Source: an uncultured Acidobacteriota bacterium (GTDB lineage: Bacteria; Acidobacteriota; Thermoanaerobaculia; Gp7-AA8). From it: a stretch of DNA of 64,000 nucleotides. The stretch spans positions 1,184,001 to 1,248,000 of the forward strand of contig CAVUKB010000005.1 in NCBI GenBank assembly GCA_963741955.1. Direction: 5' to 3'. The notes under the pieces were generated by a model. It was given only the letters and a program-made list of their open reading frames with translations, had not been told where the DNA came from and searched no databases. The stretch's first letter is position 1. Each line of letters starts with the position of its first letter. This document shows positions 29,729 to 40,323 of the stretch, piece by piece. A program made the position numbers and the translations under genes.

Positions 29729-30370
29729 TCAGAGATTCGCGTAGGGGGGGAACAGCAGCTGCTTCGTCCATGGCGATTCGCCGAGGCCGGCTCGCCGAGG
29801 ATTGTCGACGACGTAGCGTACGGCGTTTGTGAGCTCGCTCTCGCTCCGGAGCAGACGTTCGTACGAGTCGTCCTGCCAGAATCGTCCCGTTCTTCCCCGA
29901 AGGCGGTTCGCCTCCTTCGCGGTGAACGATTTCCAGCTCCCGGTGACTCTCCACCACGGAATCCCTGCGAACGGCCGATAGACGACGTGCACATGGTTCG
30001 GCATGACGGACTGACTCACGAGGCGGTAGCGCTTTCCGTCGAAAAACGTGAGTGCATCGCTGACCAGTTTGCCGATGGTGGGATTTGCCAGCGCACACTC
30101 ACCTCGTCCCCGGTCCATTTCCTCGAACAACTCCTGGCGCCGTTCCCGTTCGACGAGAAGCTGGTCGGCAACCGTTACGGTTCCGGTGCTCTTGCGGATC
30201 TCATCGAGCCGCGCGTCCATTCGCTCGCGGAGGCGGTAGAGGTACGCCGGACCGATCGCGTCGGCCAGACAGAACGTCACGAAGTAGATCCCGCGGTCGG
30301 TGTCGAAGTGAGGGAGATGATTCCGCATCCGCTTGCGGATCTCACCGTAGGCTATGATTCCGCTATCCAT
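29729..30370 (-). CDS. REP-associated tyrosine transposase (RAYT, Y1 HUH family)
   Basis: LPH..YFVTF, VMPNHVH (HUH), WKSFTA and FWQ..Y...R...Y..NP; flanked by REPs. Confidence 0.92.
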   Translation of the reverse strand: MDSGIIAYGEIRKRMRNHLPHFDTDRGIYFVTFCLADAIGPAYLYRLRERMDARLDEIRKSTGTVTVADQLLVERERRQELFEEMDRGRGECALANPTIGKLVSDALTFFDGKRYRLVSQSVMPNHVHVVYRPFAGIPWWRVTGSWKSFTAKEANRLRGRTGRFWQDDSYERLLRSESELTNAVRYVVDNPRRAGLGESPWTKQLLFPPYANL

Positions 30371-30439
30371 GTCGTGCTCCTTCTATTTCTGAAATCCTTC
30401 AGGGTGCGGACACCCGAACCCGCCGCGGCGCGAGATGGG

Positions 30440-31150
30440 CATCGCTCCCCGGCAGGATGCCGGGGAGCCCAGTGGGTTGGGCGTCCCGCCCGATGCAGGG
30501 CGGCGTCCCGCGCCGCACTGTCCCGGGCGAGGTACAACGATCCCTCCCGAGAGAGAGACACGAACGCACCGCCGCGCGAGAGGAACGATCCGCGCCTCGT
30601 TGCAGCCATCGCTCCCCGGCAGGATGCCGGGGAGCCTCGCGCGGGACGCGCGACCCACTTGTGTGGGTTGGGCGTCCCGCCCGATGCAGGGCGGCGTCCC
30701 GCGCCGCACTGTCCCGGGCGAGGTACAACGATCCCTCCCGAGAGAGAGACACGAACGCACCGCCGCGCGAGAGGAACGATCCGCGCCTCGTTGCAGCCAT
30801 CGCTCCCCGGCAGGATGCCGGGGAGCCTCGCGCGGGACGCGCGACCCACCTGTGTGGGTTGGGCGTCCCGCCCGATGCAGGGCGGCGTCCGGCGCCGCAC
30901 TGTCCCGGGCGAGGTACAACGATCCTCCCGAGAATCGAGACACGAACTGACCGCCGCGCGAGAGGAACGATAAGCGTGTCGTTGTCGCCATCGCTCCCCG
31001 GCAGGATGCCGGGGAGCCTCGCGCGGGACGCGCGACCCACCTGGCGCGACCCACCTGGCGCGACCCACCTGGCGCGACCCACCTGGCGCGACCTACCTGG
31101 CGCGACCCACCTGGCGCCCCACCTGGCGCGACCCACCTGGCGCGATCCAC
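30440..31150. repeat. REPIN-like array upstream of RAYT, ending in about 8 tandem 14-mers GCGACCCACCTGGC
   Basis: About 191-bp units; 14-mer tract at about 31033-31150. Confidence 0.92.
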
Positions 31151-31171
31151 TGCGATCCGGATCCCTGCACG

Positions 31172-31354
31172 TCAGTGCTCCCGCCGCCCGCGACGGCGTT
31201 TCGCTTCGGCCGTGCAGATCGGGCACTCGAGCACCTGCCGGAGGAAACTCTCGGCCAGCTCGTCCGGGGTCTCGTCCGAGAGTCCTACCATCCCGCCACG
31301 GCTCTCGATCTCGTGGAGCAGCGCTTCGATATTCGCGTTTCTCTTTCGACGCAT
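31172..31354 (-). CDS. Small hypothetical protein with CPIC motif
   Basis: 60 aa, strong AGGAGG RBS. Confidence 0.6.
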   Translation of the reverse strand: MRRKRNANIEALLHEIESRGGMVGLSDETPDELAESFLRQVLECPICTAEAKRRRGRREH

Positions 31355-31682
31355 GATCCAACCTCCTGGAATCGAGAATCCCTCGGCCGGATCAGGGCGT
31401 CAAAATTTCTACTCCTCGTGGAGTCCACCCTCGGATCTGCAGCGGCGGAAGGCATTGAGTGCGACCGGGATCGACGAAATCCATAAATGTCGCGTTCGGT
31501 TCAGAGCGAGAGCGCGCTCTACATGGAGTAGATCAGGGTTGAGTGAAGACCTGACCCCATGGGATCCGCTGCCGGCGGATCCGCGGCAGAACGGAGGCGC
31601 AGTGCGGCCTCACCGGAGAGGTCCGGCACGGGACGCCGCCCTCACCGGCCGCGGGTGCCCCTCCACGTCTCCCGCGCTGACA

Positions 31683-31863
31683 GCACCGCCGTGCGAGTCG
31701 TGTCGGAAACGACGAATGCAGAATGCAAATCGCGGAATCTGGAGTTGAGAAAGGACACCCGCCCTTCTTTCATTCTGAATTCTGAACTCTGCATCATTCT
31801 GCATTCGGCGGTCACTTCGCTCCTCAAAGTTTGTGCGCATGGGGGTTCGGGGATCGGGGATCA
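31683..31863 (+). repeat. MITE-C right part with inverted heptamer arms
   Basis: Similar to 55075-55260; ends CACTTCGCTCCTCAAAGTTTGTGCGCATGGGGG. Confidence 0.85.
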
Positions 31864-31912
31864 GCCGGAGCATCGACCGCTTCCGCTACAATGCCCCGCT
31901 CAGGAGGCTCCC

Positions 31913-33322
31913 GTGGAAGATCGACCCGAGACCCGCGAGCTCCGCCGGGCGATGGGGTTCGGCGACGTCACGCTCTTTTTCATCACCGCGGTGCTCAGTC
32001 TGCGATGGCTGGGAACGGCGGCGGCGGCAGGGGCGAGCTCGATCCTGATCTGGATCGTCGCGCTGATCACCTTCTTCCTCCCTCTCGCCTTCACCGTGAT
32101 CGAGCTCTCATCGCGATTTCCCGATGAAGGAGGGCTCTACGTCTGGACGCGAGAAGCGTTCGGTGAGCTGGCGGGGTTCATCACCGGATGGACCTACTGG
32201 GCGAGCAACCTGGTGTACTTTCCCGCCCTCCTCTATTTTTCGGCCGAAGCCGCCATCTACATCGGCGGATGGGAGGGGCTCGCGAAGAACCGCATCTACT
32301 TCGTCATTGCGTCGATCGCGGGACTCGTCATCGCCGCAGGTCTGAACATCGTGGGGCTCGACATCGGCAAGTGGCTTCACAACGTCGCCGCGATCGCGAC
32401 GTGGCTGCCGATTGCAGTACTTCTCGCGGGAGGGGCAGTCGCCTGGGCGCATCACGGAGGCAGCGGACAATTCGAGATCCACCGCTTCATCCCTTCACGC
32501 GGATGGAAGGACGTGGTCTTCTGGTCCACCATCGCGTTCGCGTTCGCGGGGCTGGAGTCGGCGTCACTGATGGGCGGCGAGATCCGCAACGCTTCGCGCG
32601 TGGTACCGCGCGCCATCGTCCTCTCGGGAACTCTGATCACGGTGGTGTACATCCTCGGCACCGCGGCGATCATCGTCGCCCTTCCGGGTCAGGACATCAG
32701 CTCCCTCGCCGGTTTCATGCAGGCGATCGCGAGCATCTCGACGCAGCTCCACGTCCCGGGAATCGTCCCCTTCGTGGCCCTCCTGATCGCCGTCTCGGGC
32801 GTCGGCGGAGTCGGCGCATGGCTCGCCGCGACGGCACGACTCCCGTTCGTCGCCGGAATCGACCACGTCCTCCCGGATGCATTCGGGCGTCTGCACCCGC
32901 GGTGGAAGACCCCCTGGATCGCCCTTCTCACCCAGACCGGGCTCGCGGCGGTGTTCGTGGTACTCGGCCAGGCGGGCACGTCCGTTCGCGGTGCGTACGA
33001 CGTACTCGTCTCCCTCGGCGTGATCTCCTACTTCATCCCATTCCTCTTCATGTTCGCGGCGATGATCCGACATCAACGCACCCGCCCCGCAGCCGGGGTG
33101 CTGCACGTTCCGGGTGGGAAGCCGGTTGCGCTCGTCTTCGCCTGGCTCGGTCTCGCCACGACCGCCATCTCCATCGCTCTCGCCATGATCCCCTCGGCCG
33201 ACGAACCGAACCCTCGCCTCGCTCTGCTGAAGATCATCGGATCGACGCTGGTCCTCCTCGGCGTCGGCCTCGCGCTCTACGCGTCGGGCCGGCGGAGCGC
33301 TCGAGAGAGATCGCAGCCCTGA
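31913..33322 (+). CDS. APC family amino acid permease
   Basis: ELSSRFP.EGGLYVW, FAFAGLE and about 12 TMs; GTG start after GGAGG. Confidence 0.92.
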   Translation: MEDRPETRELRRAMGFGDVTLFFITAVLSLRWLGTAAAAGASSILIWIVALITFFLPLAFTVIELSSRFPDEGGLYVWTREAFGELAGFITGWTYWASNLVYFPALLYFSAEAAIYIGGWEGLAKNRIYFVIASIAGLVIAAGLNIVGLDIGKWLHNVAAIATWLPIAVLLAGGAVAWAHHGGSGQFEIHRFIPSRGWKDVVFWSTIAFAFAGLESASLMGGEIRNASRVVPRAIVLSGTLITVVYILGTAAIIVALPGQDISSLAGFMQAIASISTQLHVPGIVPFVALLIAVSGVGGVGAWLAATARLPFVAGIDHVLPDAFGRLHPRWKTPWIALLTQTGLAAVFVVLGQAGTSVRGAYDVLVSLGVISYFIPFLFMFAAMIRHQRTRPAAGVLHVPGGKPVALVFAWLGLATTAISIALAMIPSADEPNPRLALLKIIGSTLVLLGVGLALYASGRRSARERSQP

Positions 33323-33612
33323 CGTGCAGATCGCGCCGGTTTCCGCCGTCCGCGGTCGCGAAGAACACCGATTCTGAATTTCGAGTTTCGTATTTGCTGT
33401 GCTTCTGCCAGAGGCATCCTCTCGATGAGCTCTGAACCTGATCATCGCGGCCGATCAGAGGATCCCCACCCCACCGCGCATGTGCGGATTTCCTGTCCGA
33501 TCCGCGCTGACGTCGAGCGGTGCGCTTCCTGATCCAACCGAGCCCATTCGTTCGGCCGCGGGGGGAGTGCTACGATGAATTCTCACGGATTCGTGAACGG
33601 AAGGAGGCACGC

Positions 33613-34041
33613 ATGAGCACGGTCAAGGAGATCCTCGACGAGAAGGGCTGCGCGGTCTGGTCGATCCACCCCGACGCCTCCGTCTACGAGGCGATCGAGT
33701 TAATGGCGGAAAAGGGAGTCGGCGCGGTTCTGGTCACTCGAGATCAGAAACTCGAAGGGATTCTCTCCGAGCGCGATTACGCACGGAAGGTCATCCTCCG
33801 AGCGCGCTCCTCGAAGGAGACGCCGGTGCGCGACATCATGACCCCGGACGTGATCACAGTTTCACCCGCGACGCGGGTGGAAGACGCGATGGGAGTGATG
33901 ACCGAGCGCCACATCCGGCACCTCCCGGTGGTCGAAGGGGGTGCAATCCGAGGGGTCGTTTCGATCGGCGATCTCGTGAAGTGGATCATCGACGAGCAGA
34001 AGTACGTGATTCGTCAACTCGAGGGATACATCGCCAGCTGA
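33613..34041 (+). CDS. CBS domain pair protein
   Basis: GILSERDYARKV, MT..HIRHLPV and SIGDLVK. Confidence 0.93.
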   Translation: MSTVKEILDEKGCAVWSIHPDASVYEAIELMAEKGVGAVLVTRDQKLEGILSERDYARKVILRARSSKETPVRDIMTPDVITVSPATRVEDAMGVMTERHIRHLPVVEGGAIRGVVSIGDLVKWIIDEQKYVIRQLEGYIAS

Positions 34042-34144
34042 GCGACGGCGTTCGGGCTATCTCTGAAACGCGTACGAGATTTTCATCAAGAGTTGCCGTC
34101 CGGTCAGCGGGAGATTCGCATTCGGGGTCAGGTCTCGACTTTCT

Positions 34145-35810
34145 CGCCCTGTCCCTGGCGAGATACGGCGATGGTCCCGAGTAGAGAGACACCAACTGAT
34201 CGCCGCGCGAGAGGTACGATTCGCGTGTCGTTGTCGCCATCGCTCCCCGGCAGGATGCCGGGGAGCCTCGCGCGGGACGCGCGACCCACCTGTAGTGGGT
34301 TGGACGTCACGTCCGATGCAGGGCGGCGTCCCGCGCCGCCCTGTCCCTGGCGAGATACGACGATGGTCCCGAGTAGAGAGACCAACTGATCGCCGCGCGA
34401 GAGGTACGATTCGCGTGTCGTTGTCGCCATCGCTCCCCGGCAGGATGCCGGGGAGCCTCGCGCGGGACGCGCGACCCACTTTGGCGCGACCCACTGTAGT
34501 GGGTTGGGCGTCTCGCCCGATGCCCCCAGTGGGTTGGACGTCCCGTCCGATGCAGGGCGGCGTCCCGCGCCGCCCTGTCCCGGGCGAGTTACGGCGATCG
34601 TCCCGAGTAGAGAGACACCAACTGATCGCCGCGCGAGAGGTACGATTCGCGTGTCGTTGTCGCCATCGCTCCCCGGCAGGATGCCGGGGAGCCTCGCGCG
34701 GGACGCGCGACCCACTTTGGCGCGACCCACTGTAGTGGGTTGGGCGTCTCGCCCGATGCAGGGCGGCGTCCCGCGCCGCACTGTCCCGGGCAAGTTACGG
34801 CGATCGTCCCGAGTAGAGAGACACCAACTGATCGCCGCGCGAGAGGAACGATCCGCGTGTCGTTGTCGCCATCGCTCCCCGGCAGGATGCCGGGGAGCCT
34901 CGCGCGGGACGCGCGACCCACTTTGGCGCGATCCACTGTAGTGGGTTGGGCGTCCCGCGCCGCCCTGTCCCGGGCAAGATACGACGATGGTCCCGAGTAG
35001 AGAGACACCAACTGATCGCCGCGCGAGAGGTACGATTCGCGTGTCGCTGTCGCCATCGCTCCCCGGCAGGATGCCGGGGAGCCTCGCGCGGGACGCGCGA
35101 CCCACTTTGGCGCGATCCACTGTAGTGGGTTGGGCGTCCCCCGCCGCCCTGTCCCGGGCGAGTTACGGCGATCGTCCCGAGTAGAGAGACACCAACTGAT
35201 CGCCGCGCGAGAGGAACGATCCGCGCCTCGTTGCAGCCATCGCTCCCCGGCAGGATGCCGGGGAGCCTCGCGCGGGACGCGCGACCCACTTTGGCGCGAC
35301 CCACATGTAGTGGGTTGGGCGTCTCGCCCGATGCCCCCAGTGGGTTGGACGTCACGTCCGATGCAGGGCGGCGTCCCGCGCCGCCCTGTCCCGGGCAAGA
35401 TACGGCGATCGTCCCGAGTAGAGAGACACCAACTGATCGCCGCGCGAGAGGTACGATTCGCGTGTCGTTGTCGCCATCGCTCCCCGGCAGGATGCCGGGG
35501 AGCCTCGCGCGGGACGCGCGACCCACATACGCACGACCCACTGTAGTGGGTTGGGCGTCCCGTCCGATGCTGGGCGGCGTCCCGCGCCGCCCTGTCCCGG
35601 GCAAGTTACGACGATGGTCCCGAGTAGAGAGACACCAACTGATCGCCGCGCGAGAGGAACGATCCGCGCCTCGTTGTCGCCATCGCTCCCCGGCAGGATG
35701 CCGGGGAGCCTCGCGCGGGACGCGCGACCCACTTTGGCGCGATCCACATGCGCGCGACCCACTTCGGCGCGACCCACATACGCGCGACCCACTGTGGGTG
35801 ACCCACAGCC
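34145..35810. repeat. REPIN-like array 4 (8 units) between convergent genes
   Basis: Eight CGCTCCCCGGCAGGATGCCGGGGAGC hairpins with associated REP arms; GCGACCCAC stubs at the right end. Confidence 0.92.
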
Positions 35811-35816
35811 GAACGC

Positions 35817-38800
35817 TCAGGCTTCGGAGGGGATCTCGCTGCCGATGGGCTCCGTCTCGCCGTTCTTCGCACGCTCGCGCGCCATCTCCCACTCCGCGAA
35901 GATGGTGTAGATCACCGGGACGAGGAAGAGGGTCACGAAGGTGGAGACGGTGAGTCCTCCGACGACGGCGCGAGCCATCGGCGCCTGCATCTCGGAGCCT
36001 TCGCCGAGAGCGAGGCTGAGCGGGATCAGACCGAGGAGCGTCGTCGAGGTGGTCATCAGGATGGGACGGAGACGCCGGCGACCTCCTTCGATCACAGCCT
36101 CGTGCAGAGGCATCCCGTCACGCCGCCGGAGCAGATTGGTGTAGTCGACCAGAACGATGGCGTTGTTCACCACGATCCCGGCGAGCATGACCATCCCGAT
36201 GTAGCTCTGGATGTTGAAGGTCGTCCCGGTGAGGAAAAGAGTGACCAGAACGCCGACTCCGGCCATGGGGATGGAGAACATCACCACGAACGGATCGAGG
36301 AGGTCCTCGAACTGCGCAGCCATGACCATGTAGACCAGGATCAGGGCGAGGACCATGGAGATCAGGAGGGCGTTGCGCGCCTTGACCTGTTCCTCGTATT
36401 CGCCGCCGATCACGAGATCGAAGCCGTCGGGAACGCTGATGGTGTGCAGAGCGGCTCGCGTGTCCTGGGCCACGGAACCGAGGTCACGGCCGGCGACGTT
36501 GCCGGAGACGTAGAGCACGCGCTCCTGATCCTTCCGATCGATGGCGATCGGACCGGAGGTGTACTTCACGTCGATCACGCTCCGGAGCGGTACGGTCTCG
36601 CCGGTGGAGGAGACCAGAGAGACCCCCTCGATGTCGGTGAGCGATTGCCGGTCGCCTTCGCGCAGCCGGACGAAGATGTCGTACTCACGTCCGGCGCGCC
36701 GGAGCACGGTCGCTCTCGCTCCCGCGAGGTTCGTTTCGATGATCTGGGCGACCTTGCTCATGGAGAGTCCGAGGCGGGCGATCTTTTCCCGGTCGATGCG
36801 GATGACCTGTTCCGGCCTTCCGGGATCGCGTCCGAGCCGTACGTCGCTCACGCCGGGGATACCTTCGAGCTTCTTCTTCACCTGCTCGGCGAGGGCGAAT
36901 CCCTTTTGCAGGTCGTATCCGCGGATCTCGACCTCGAGACCCTCGTCTCCACCGCCGCCGAACGCGATCCGCATGAGGAAAAGACCTGACCCCTCGCGAG
37001 TGCGGATGACTGCCCCGGGGATCGAATCGAACTTCGGCCGCAGGGCATCGGCGATCTCCGCCGCGGTACGGCTCCGTTCCGACCGCGGGACCAGAGTGAT
37101 GCGTAACTGACCACGATTCCCGGCCGTTCCGTGCCACCCTCCTCCCCCTACCGAGGTGAGGATGTTCTCCGCCTCGGGGATGTTGGTCCGGGCGATCCGC
37201 TCCACTTCGCGCATGGTCCGGTCCATCACCGCGAGACGCGTGCCGACCGCCATCTCGGCGTCGACGCGGACTTCGCCTTCATCGGTCTTCGGCATCAGTT
37301 CCGATCCGATGAAAGGAATCAGGCACAGACTTCCGGCGAACAACAGACCTGACCCTATCAACACTTTCCTGCGGTGAGCCAGACTCCATCCGATCGCATT
37401 GCGATAGCGGAGCTCCAGTCGCTCGAGGACGCGACCGCTCGCGTCGTAGACCCTCTTCAGCGGTGAGTGCCGCTTCCGCGGACCGACTGCGAGGAGCCGG
37501 GCCGACAGCATCGGAATCAATGTCAGTGCAACCGCGAGAGATGCGAACAGAGAAAAAGCGACCACTGCGGCGAGCTGCTTGTACATCACGCCGCTGATCC
37601 CTTCCATGAACACGATCGGGAGGAAGACCGCCATCGTGGTGAGGGTCGAGGCAGTGATCGCCATCGCCACTTCCTTCGTCCCCTCCACTGCACTCGTCTC
37701 GGCGTCCTCTCCCTCCTCGTGCTTCCTGAAGATGTTCTCCAGGACCACGATCGCGTTGTCGACCAGCATTCCGACCCCGAGCGCGAGACCGCCGAAGGTC
37801 ATGATATTCAGTGTGTATCCGCTGAAGTAGATCAGGGCGAACGTGGCGATCACCGAGATCGGAATCGAGGTCGCGATCACCAGAGTGGACCGCTCGGAGC
37901 GGAGGAAGAAGAGGAGAATGAAGATGGCGAGGAGACCGCCGATGAGCGCCGAGTTGCGCACGTTGGCGATCGCATTGCGGATGTACTTGCTGGTGTCGAT
38001 GATCGTCGTGACGTGGACGTTCGGATAGTCGGCATTGATCCGCCGTGCCTCGCGCAGCACCGCCGTCGCGACGTCGACGGTGTTCGCACCGGCCTGCTTG
38101 TTGATCGCAATGCGGATGCCCGGCTGGCCGTTGATGCGCGTCAGCTCGGTGACCTCTTCCACCCCTTCTTTGACCGTGGCGATGTCACGGAGATAGATCG
38201 GCGTGCCGTCGCGCACGGATACCACGGTCGAACCGACTTCGGCCGGGCCGCGATACTCCCCGACGGTGCGCAGATAGACGTCGAGATTCCCTTCCTCGAC
38301 CTTCCCGGCCGGACGATTCAGGTTCTCGTCGCGGAGGAGCTGCGTCACCCGGTCCGCGCTCAGCCCGAGCGCGAGCATCTTGTCCCGGTCCAGATCGATC
38401 TGCACCTGCCGTCGCAGGCCGCCACGGATGTCGATCGCCGCGACTCCCGGAACGCGCTCGAGACGGCGGTTGATCCGTTCTTCCGTGAACTCACGCAGCT
38501 CGATCGGTCCCATGCTCTTCGACGAGACTCCGAGGAAGACGATCGGGAACGACGCGAGATCGAACTTGTAGACCCGTGGAGGCTGAGAGTCTTCGGGAAG
38601 ATCGTCACGAATCCGTTCGATTCTCGTCCGGATCTCGTTCGCCGCTTCATCCAGATCCGTGTCCCACGTGAATGCGACACGCACCGTCGAAGAACCTTCG
38701 GAAGAGCTCGAGGTGATCTCTTTCACTCCCGCGATCGCCGCGACCGTTTCTTCGATCGGCCGTGAGATCAGGTCCTCCATCTCCTGGGGTCCGACGTTCG

Positions 38801-38954
38801 GGTAGTCGGTACGGACAGTCAGAGTGGGATAGACCAGCTCCGGCATCAGGTCGACCGGGAGGCGGGTGAATGCAATCGCGCCGAGAAGGATCACGATCAG
38901 AGCGATCATGATCACGGTGACGGGGCGCCGCACGCTGAGGGATGCGAGACTCAT
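35817..38954 (-). CDS. RND efflux permease (AcrB/AcrD/AcrF family)
   Basis: 1045 aa; GMLVDNAIVVLENI, GIVVNNAIVLVD and RLRPILMT. Confidence 0.95.
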   Translation of the reverse strand: MSLASLSVRRPVTVIMIALIVILLGAIAFTRLPVDLMPELVYPTLTVRTDYPNVGPQEMEDLISRPIEETVAAIAGVKEITSSSSEGSSTVRVAFTWDTDLDEAANEIRTRIERIRDDLPEDSQPPRVYKFDLASFPIVFLGVSSKSMGPIELREFTEERINRRLERVPGVAAIDIRGGLRRQVQIDLDRDKMLALGLSADRVTQLLRDENLNRPAGKVEEGNLDVYLRTVGEYRGPAEVGSTVVSVRDGTPIYLRDIATVKEGVEEVTELTRINGQPGIRIAINKQAGANTVDVATAVLREARRINADYPNVHVTTIIDTSKYIRNAIANVRNSALIGGLLAIFILLFFLRSERSTLVIATSIPISVIATFALIYFSGYTLNIMTFGGLALGVGMLVDNAIVVLENIFRKHEEGEDAETSAVEGTKEVAMAITASTLTTMAVFLPIVFMEGISGVMYKQLAAVVAFSLFASLAVALTLIPMLSARLLAVGPRKRHSPLKRVYDASGRVLERLELRYRNAIGWSLAHRRKVLIGSGLLFAGSLCLIPFIGSELMPKTDEGEVRVDAEMAVGTRLAVMDRTMREVERIARTNIPEAENILTSVGGGGWHGTAGNRGQLRITLVPRSERSRTAAEIADALRPKFDSIPGAVIRTREGSGLFLMRIAFGGGGDEGLEVEIRGYDLQKGFALAEQVKKKLEGIPGVSDVRLGRDPGRPEQVIRIDREKIARLGLSMSKVAQIIETNLAGARATVLRRAGREYDIFVRLREGDRQSLTDIEGVSLVSSTGETVPLRSVIDVKYTSGPIAIDRKDQERVLYVSGNVAGRDLGSVAQDTRAALHTISVPDGFDLVIGGEYEEQVKARNALLISMVLALILVYMVMAAQFEDLLDPFVVMFSIPMAGVGVLVTLFLTGTTFNIQSYIGMVMLAGIVVNNAIVLVDYTNLLRRRDGMPLHEAVIEGGRRRLRPILMTTSTTLLGLIPLSLALGEGSEMQAPMARAVVGGLTVSTFVTLFLVPVIYTIFAEWEMARERAKNGETEPIGSEIPSEA

Positions 38955-40147
38955 TGTTTCGGCCCGCCGCTCTGCCGGGCGGTCGCGGAGGTTACCCGTG
39001 CGCCATCGACGAGATCCTCCTGTCCGAGGACGATCACATTCATCCCGCGCGCGAGCTCACCTTCCAGCGGCTCGATCGCCGCGATGGTCGGAGCGCTCTT
39101 CGCGGAAGGAAGGACCCGGACCGGCACACGCCGCGCCGCCAGACCGTCGTCCGATGTCGCCTCGGCGACGAAGATCCACTCCTCGTGTTCGTTGCGCTGC
39201 ACTGCGGAGACCGGAACGAGAAGCGCGGTCGCATCCGTGCGGTACGCGATCAGGACGCTCCCGAACATCCCCGGCTTCAGAACTCCGTCGGAGTTCGCGA
39301 TCTCGACTTCCGCTTCGACGGTGCTGGTCTGAGGATCGAACACGGACGACACACGCGAGACTTTCCCTTTGAAGATCCGCCCCGGCAGAACGTCCACCGT
39401 GACGGTCGCTTCCTGCCCCGGGTGCACGTGAACCGCATCGTGCGATGGGACGGCGACGGTGGTGCGGATGGTGGAGACATCGACGATGCTGAAGATCGCG
39501 CGGTTGGTGCTCGCCTGCGCGCCGAGGTCGAGGTAGCGCGTGCCGATATAGCCGTCGAAAGGAGCCAGGATCCGGGTTCGTGCGAGCTCGAGCTCGGCCG
39601 CTGCGAGATTCGCCTTCGCCTGTTCGATCTGCGCGCGAGCCAGCTCGACCTGCGACTTCGCCGTGGTCAGCTCTCCCTGCGCGATCTCGTAGTCGCTCTT
39701 CGAGACGAGCTTCTCCCCGAAGAGGCTCTCACTCCGCCGGGCCTGACTTCCCGCGAGCTGCAGGTTCGCGCTCCTCTGTTCGAACGTCGCCTCCGCGATC
39801 TTGAGTGCGGCCGCGGACTGCTGCACGCGTTGCTGTGCGTCGGCGTCATCGATCCGAGCGAGGAGCTGTCCCTTCCGTACCCGATCGCCCGTTCCCGCAT
39901 AGACGGCGGTCAGCGGCCCCTCGGTTCGGGCGAAGAGCTCTGCCGCAGATTTTGCGCGAAAGCGGCCGACGAAGCGAACCGCGACGTCGAATGCTCCCTG
40001 CTGGATTTTCGCGAGACGCACCACCGCGGGAGGACGGACATCTTTCAGCCCTGCAGTCGCGGCTTCGTCGGCGGTGCATCCGGTGAGGGCAGACGCGCCG
40101 GTGAGAAGAGCCAGAGCGAGGAGTATGTGAGGCGGGATTCTTTCCAT
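38951..40147 (-). CDS. RND periplasmic adaptor subunit (lipoprotein)
   Basis: Lipobox LTGC; GDRVRKGQLLARID, APFDG and LKPGMF. Confidence 0.92.
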   Translation of the reverse strand: MERIPPHILLALALLTGASALTGCTADEAATAGLKDVRPPAVVRLAKIQQGAFDVAVRFVGRFRAKSAAELFARTEGPLTAVYAGTGDRVRKGQLLARIDDADAQQRVQQSAAALKIAEATFEQRSANLQLAGSQARRSESLFGEKLVSKSDYEIAQGELTTAKSQVELARAQIEQAKANLAAAELELARTRILAPFDGYIGTRYLDLGAQASTNRAIFSIVDVSTIRTTVAVPSHDAVHVHPGQEATVTVDVLPGRIFKGKVSRVSSVFDPQTSTVEAEVEIANSDGVLKPGMFGSVLIAYRTDATALLVPVSAVQRNEHEEWIFVAEATSDDGLAARRVPVRVLPSAKSAPTIAAIEPLEGELARGMNVIVLGQEDLVDGARVTSATARQSGGPKQ

Positions 40148-40323
40148 GATTGTGTCGTTCGAGCGCGAACGGGGGATCGCGCGATTGCGCCTTCCAGTCG
40201 GACTATCCGCATTCTGTTGCTCCCCTCCCGGCGCGGTCAAGCCGGAAAGTTACGGATCGGTGACGGATCGCGCGAGGGAGGGAGAATCCTCCCCGGGAGT
40301 GAGCGATCAGACTCCGAATCGGC

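Noticed and set aside
25693-35810. Repeat arrays as CRISPR arrays
   Set aside because: Spacers are variants of one sequence rather than unique, units are about 190 bp, there are no cas genes, and a RAYT gene explains them.
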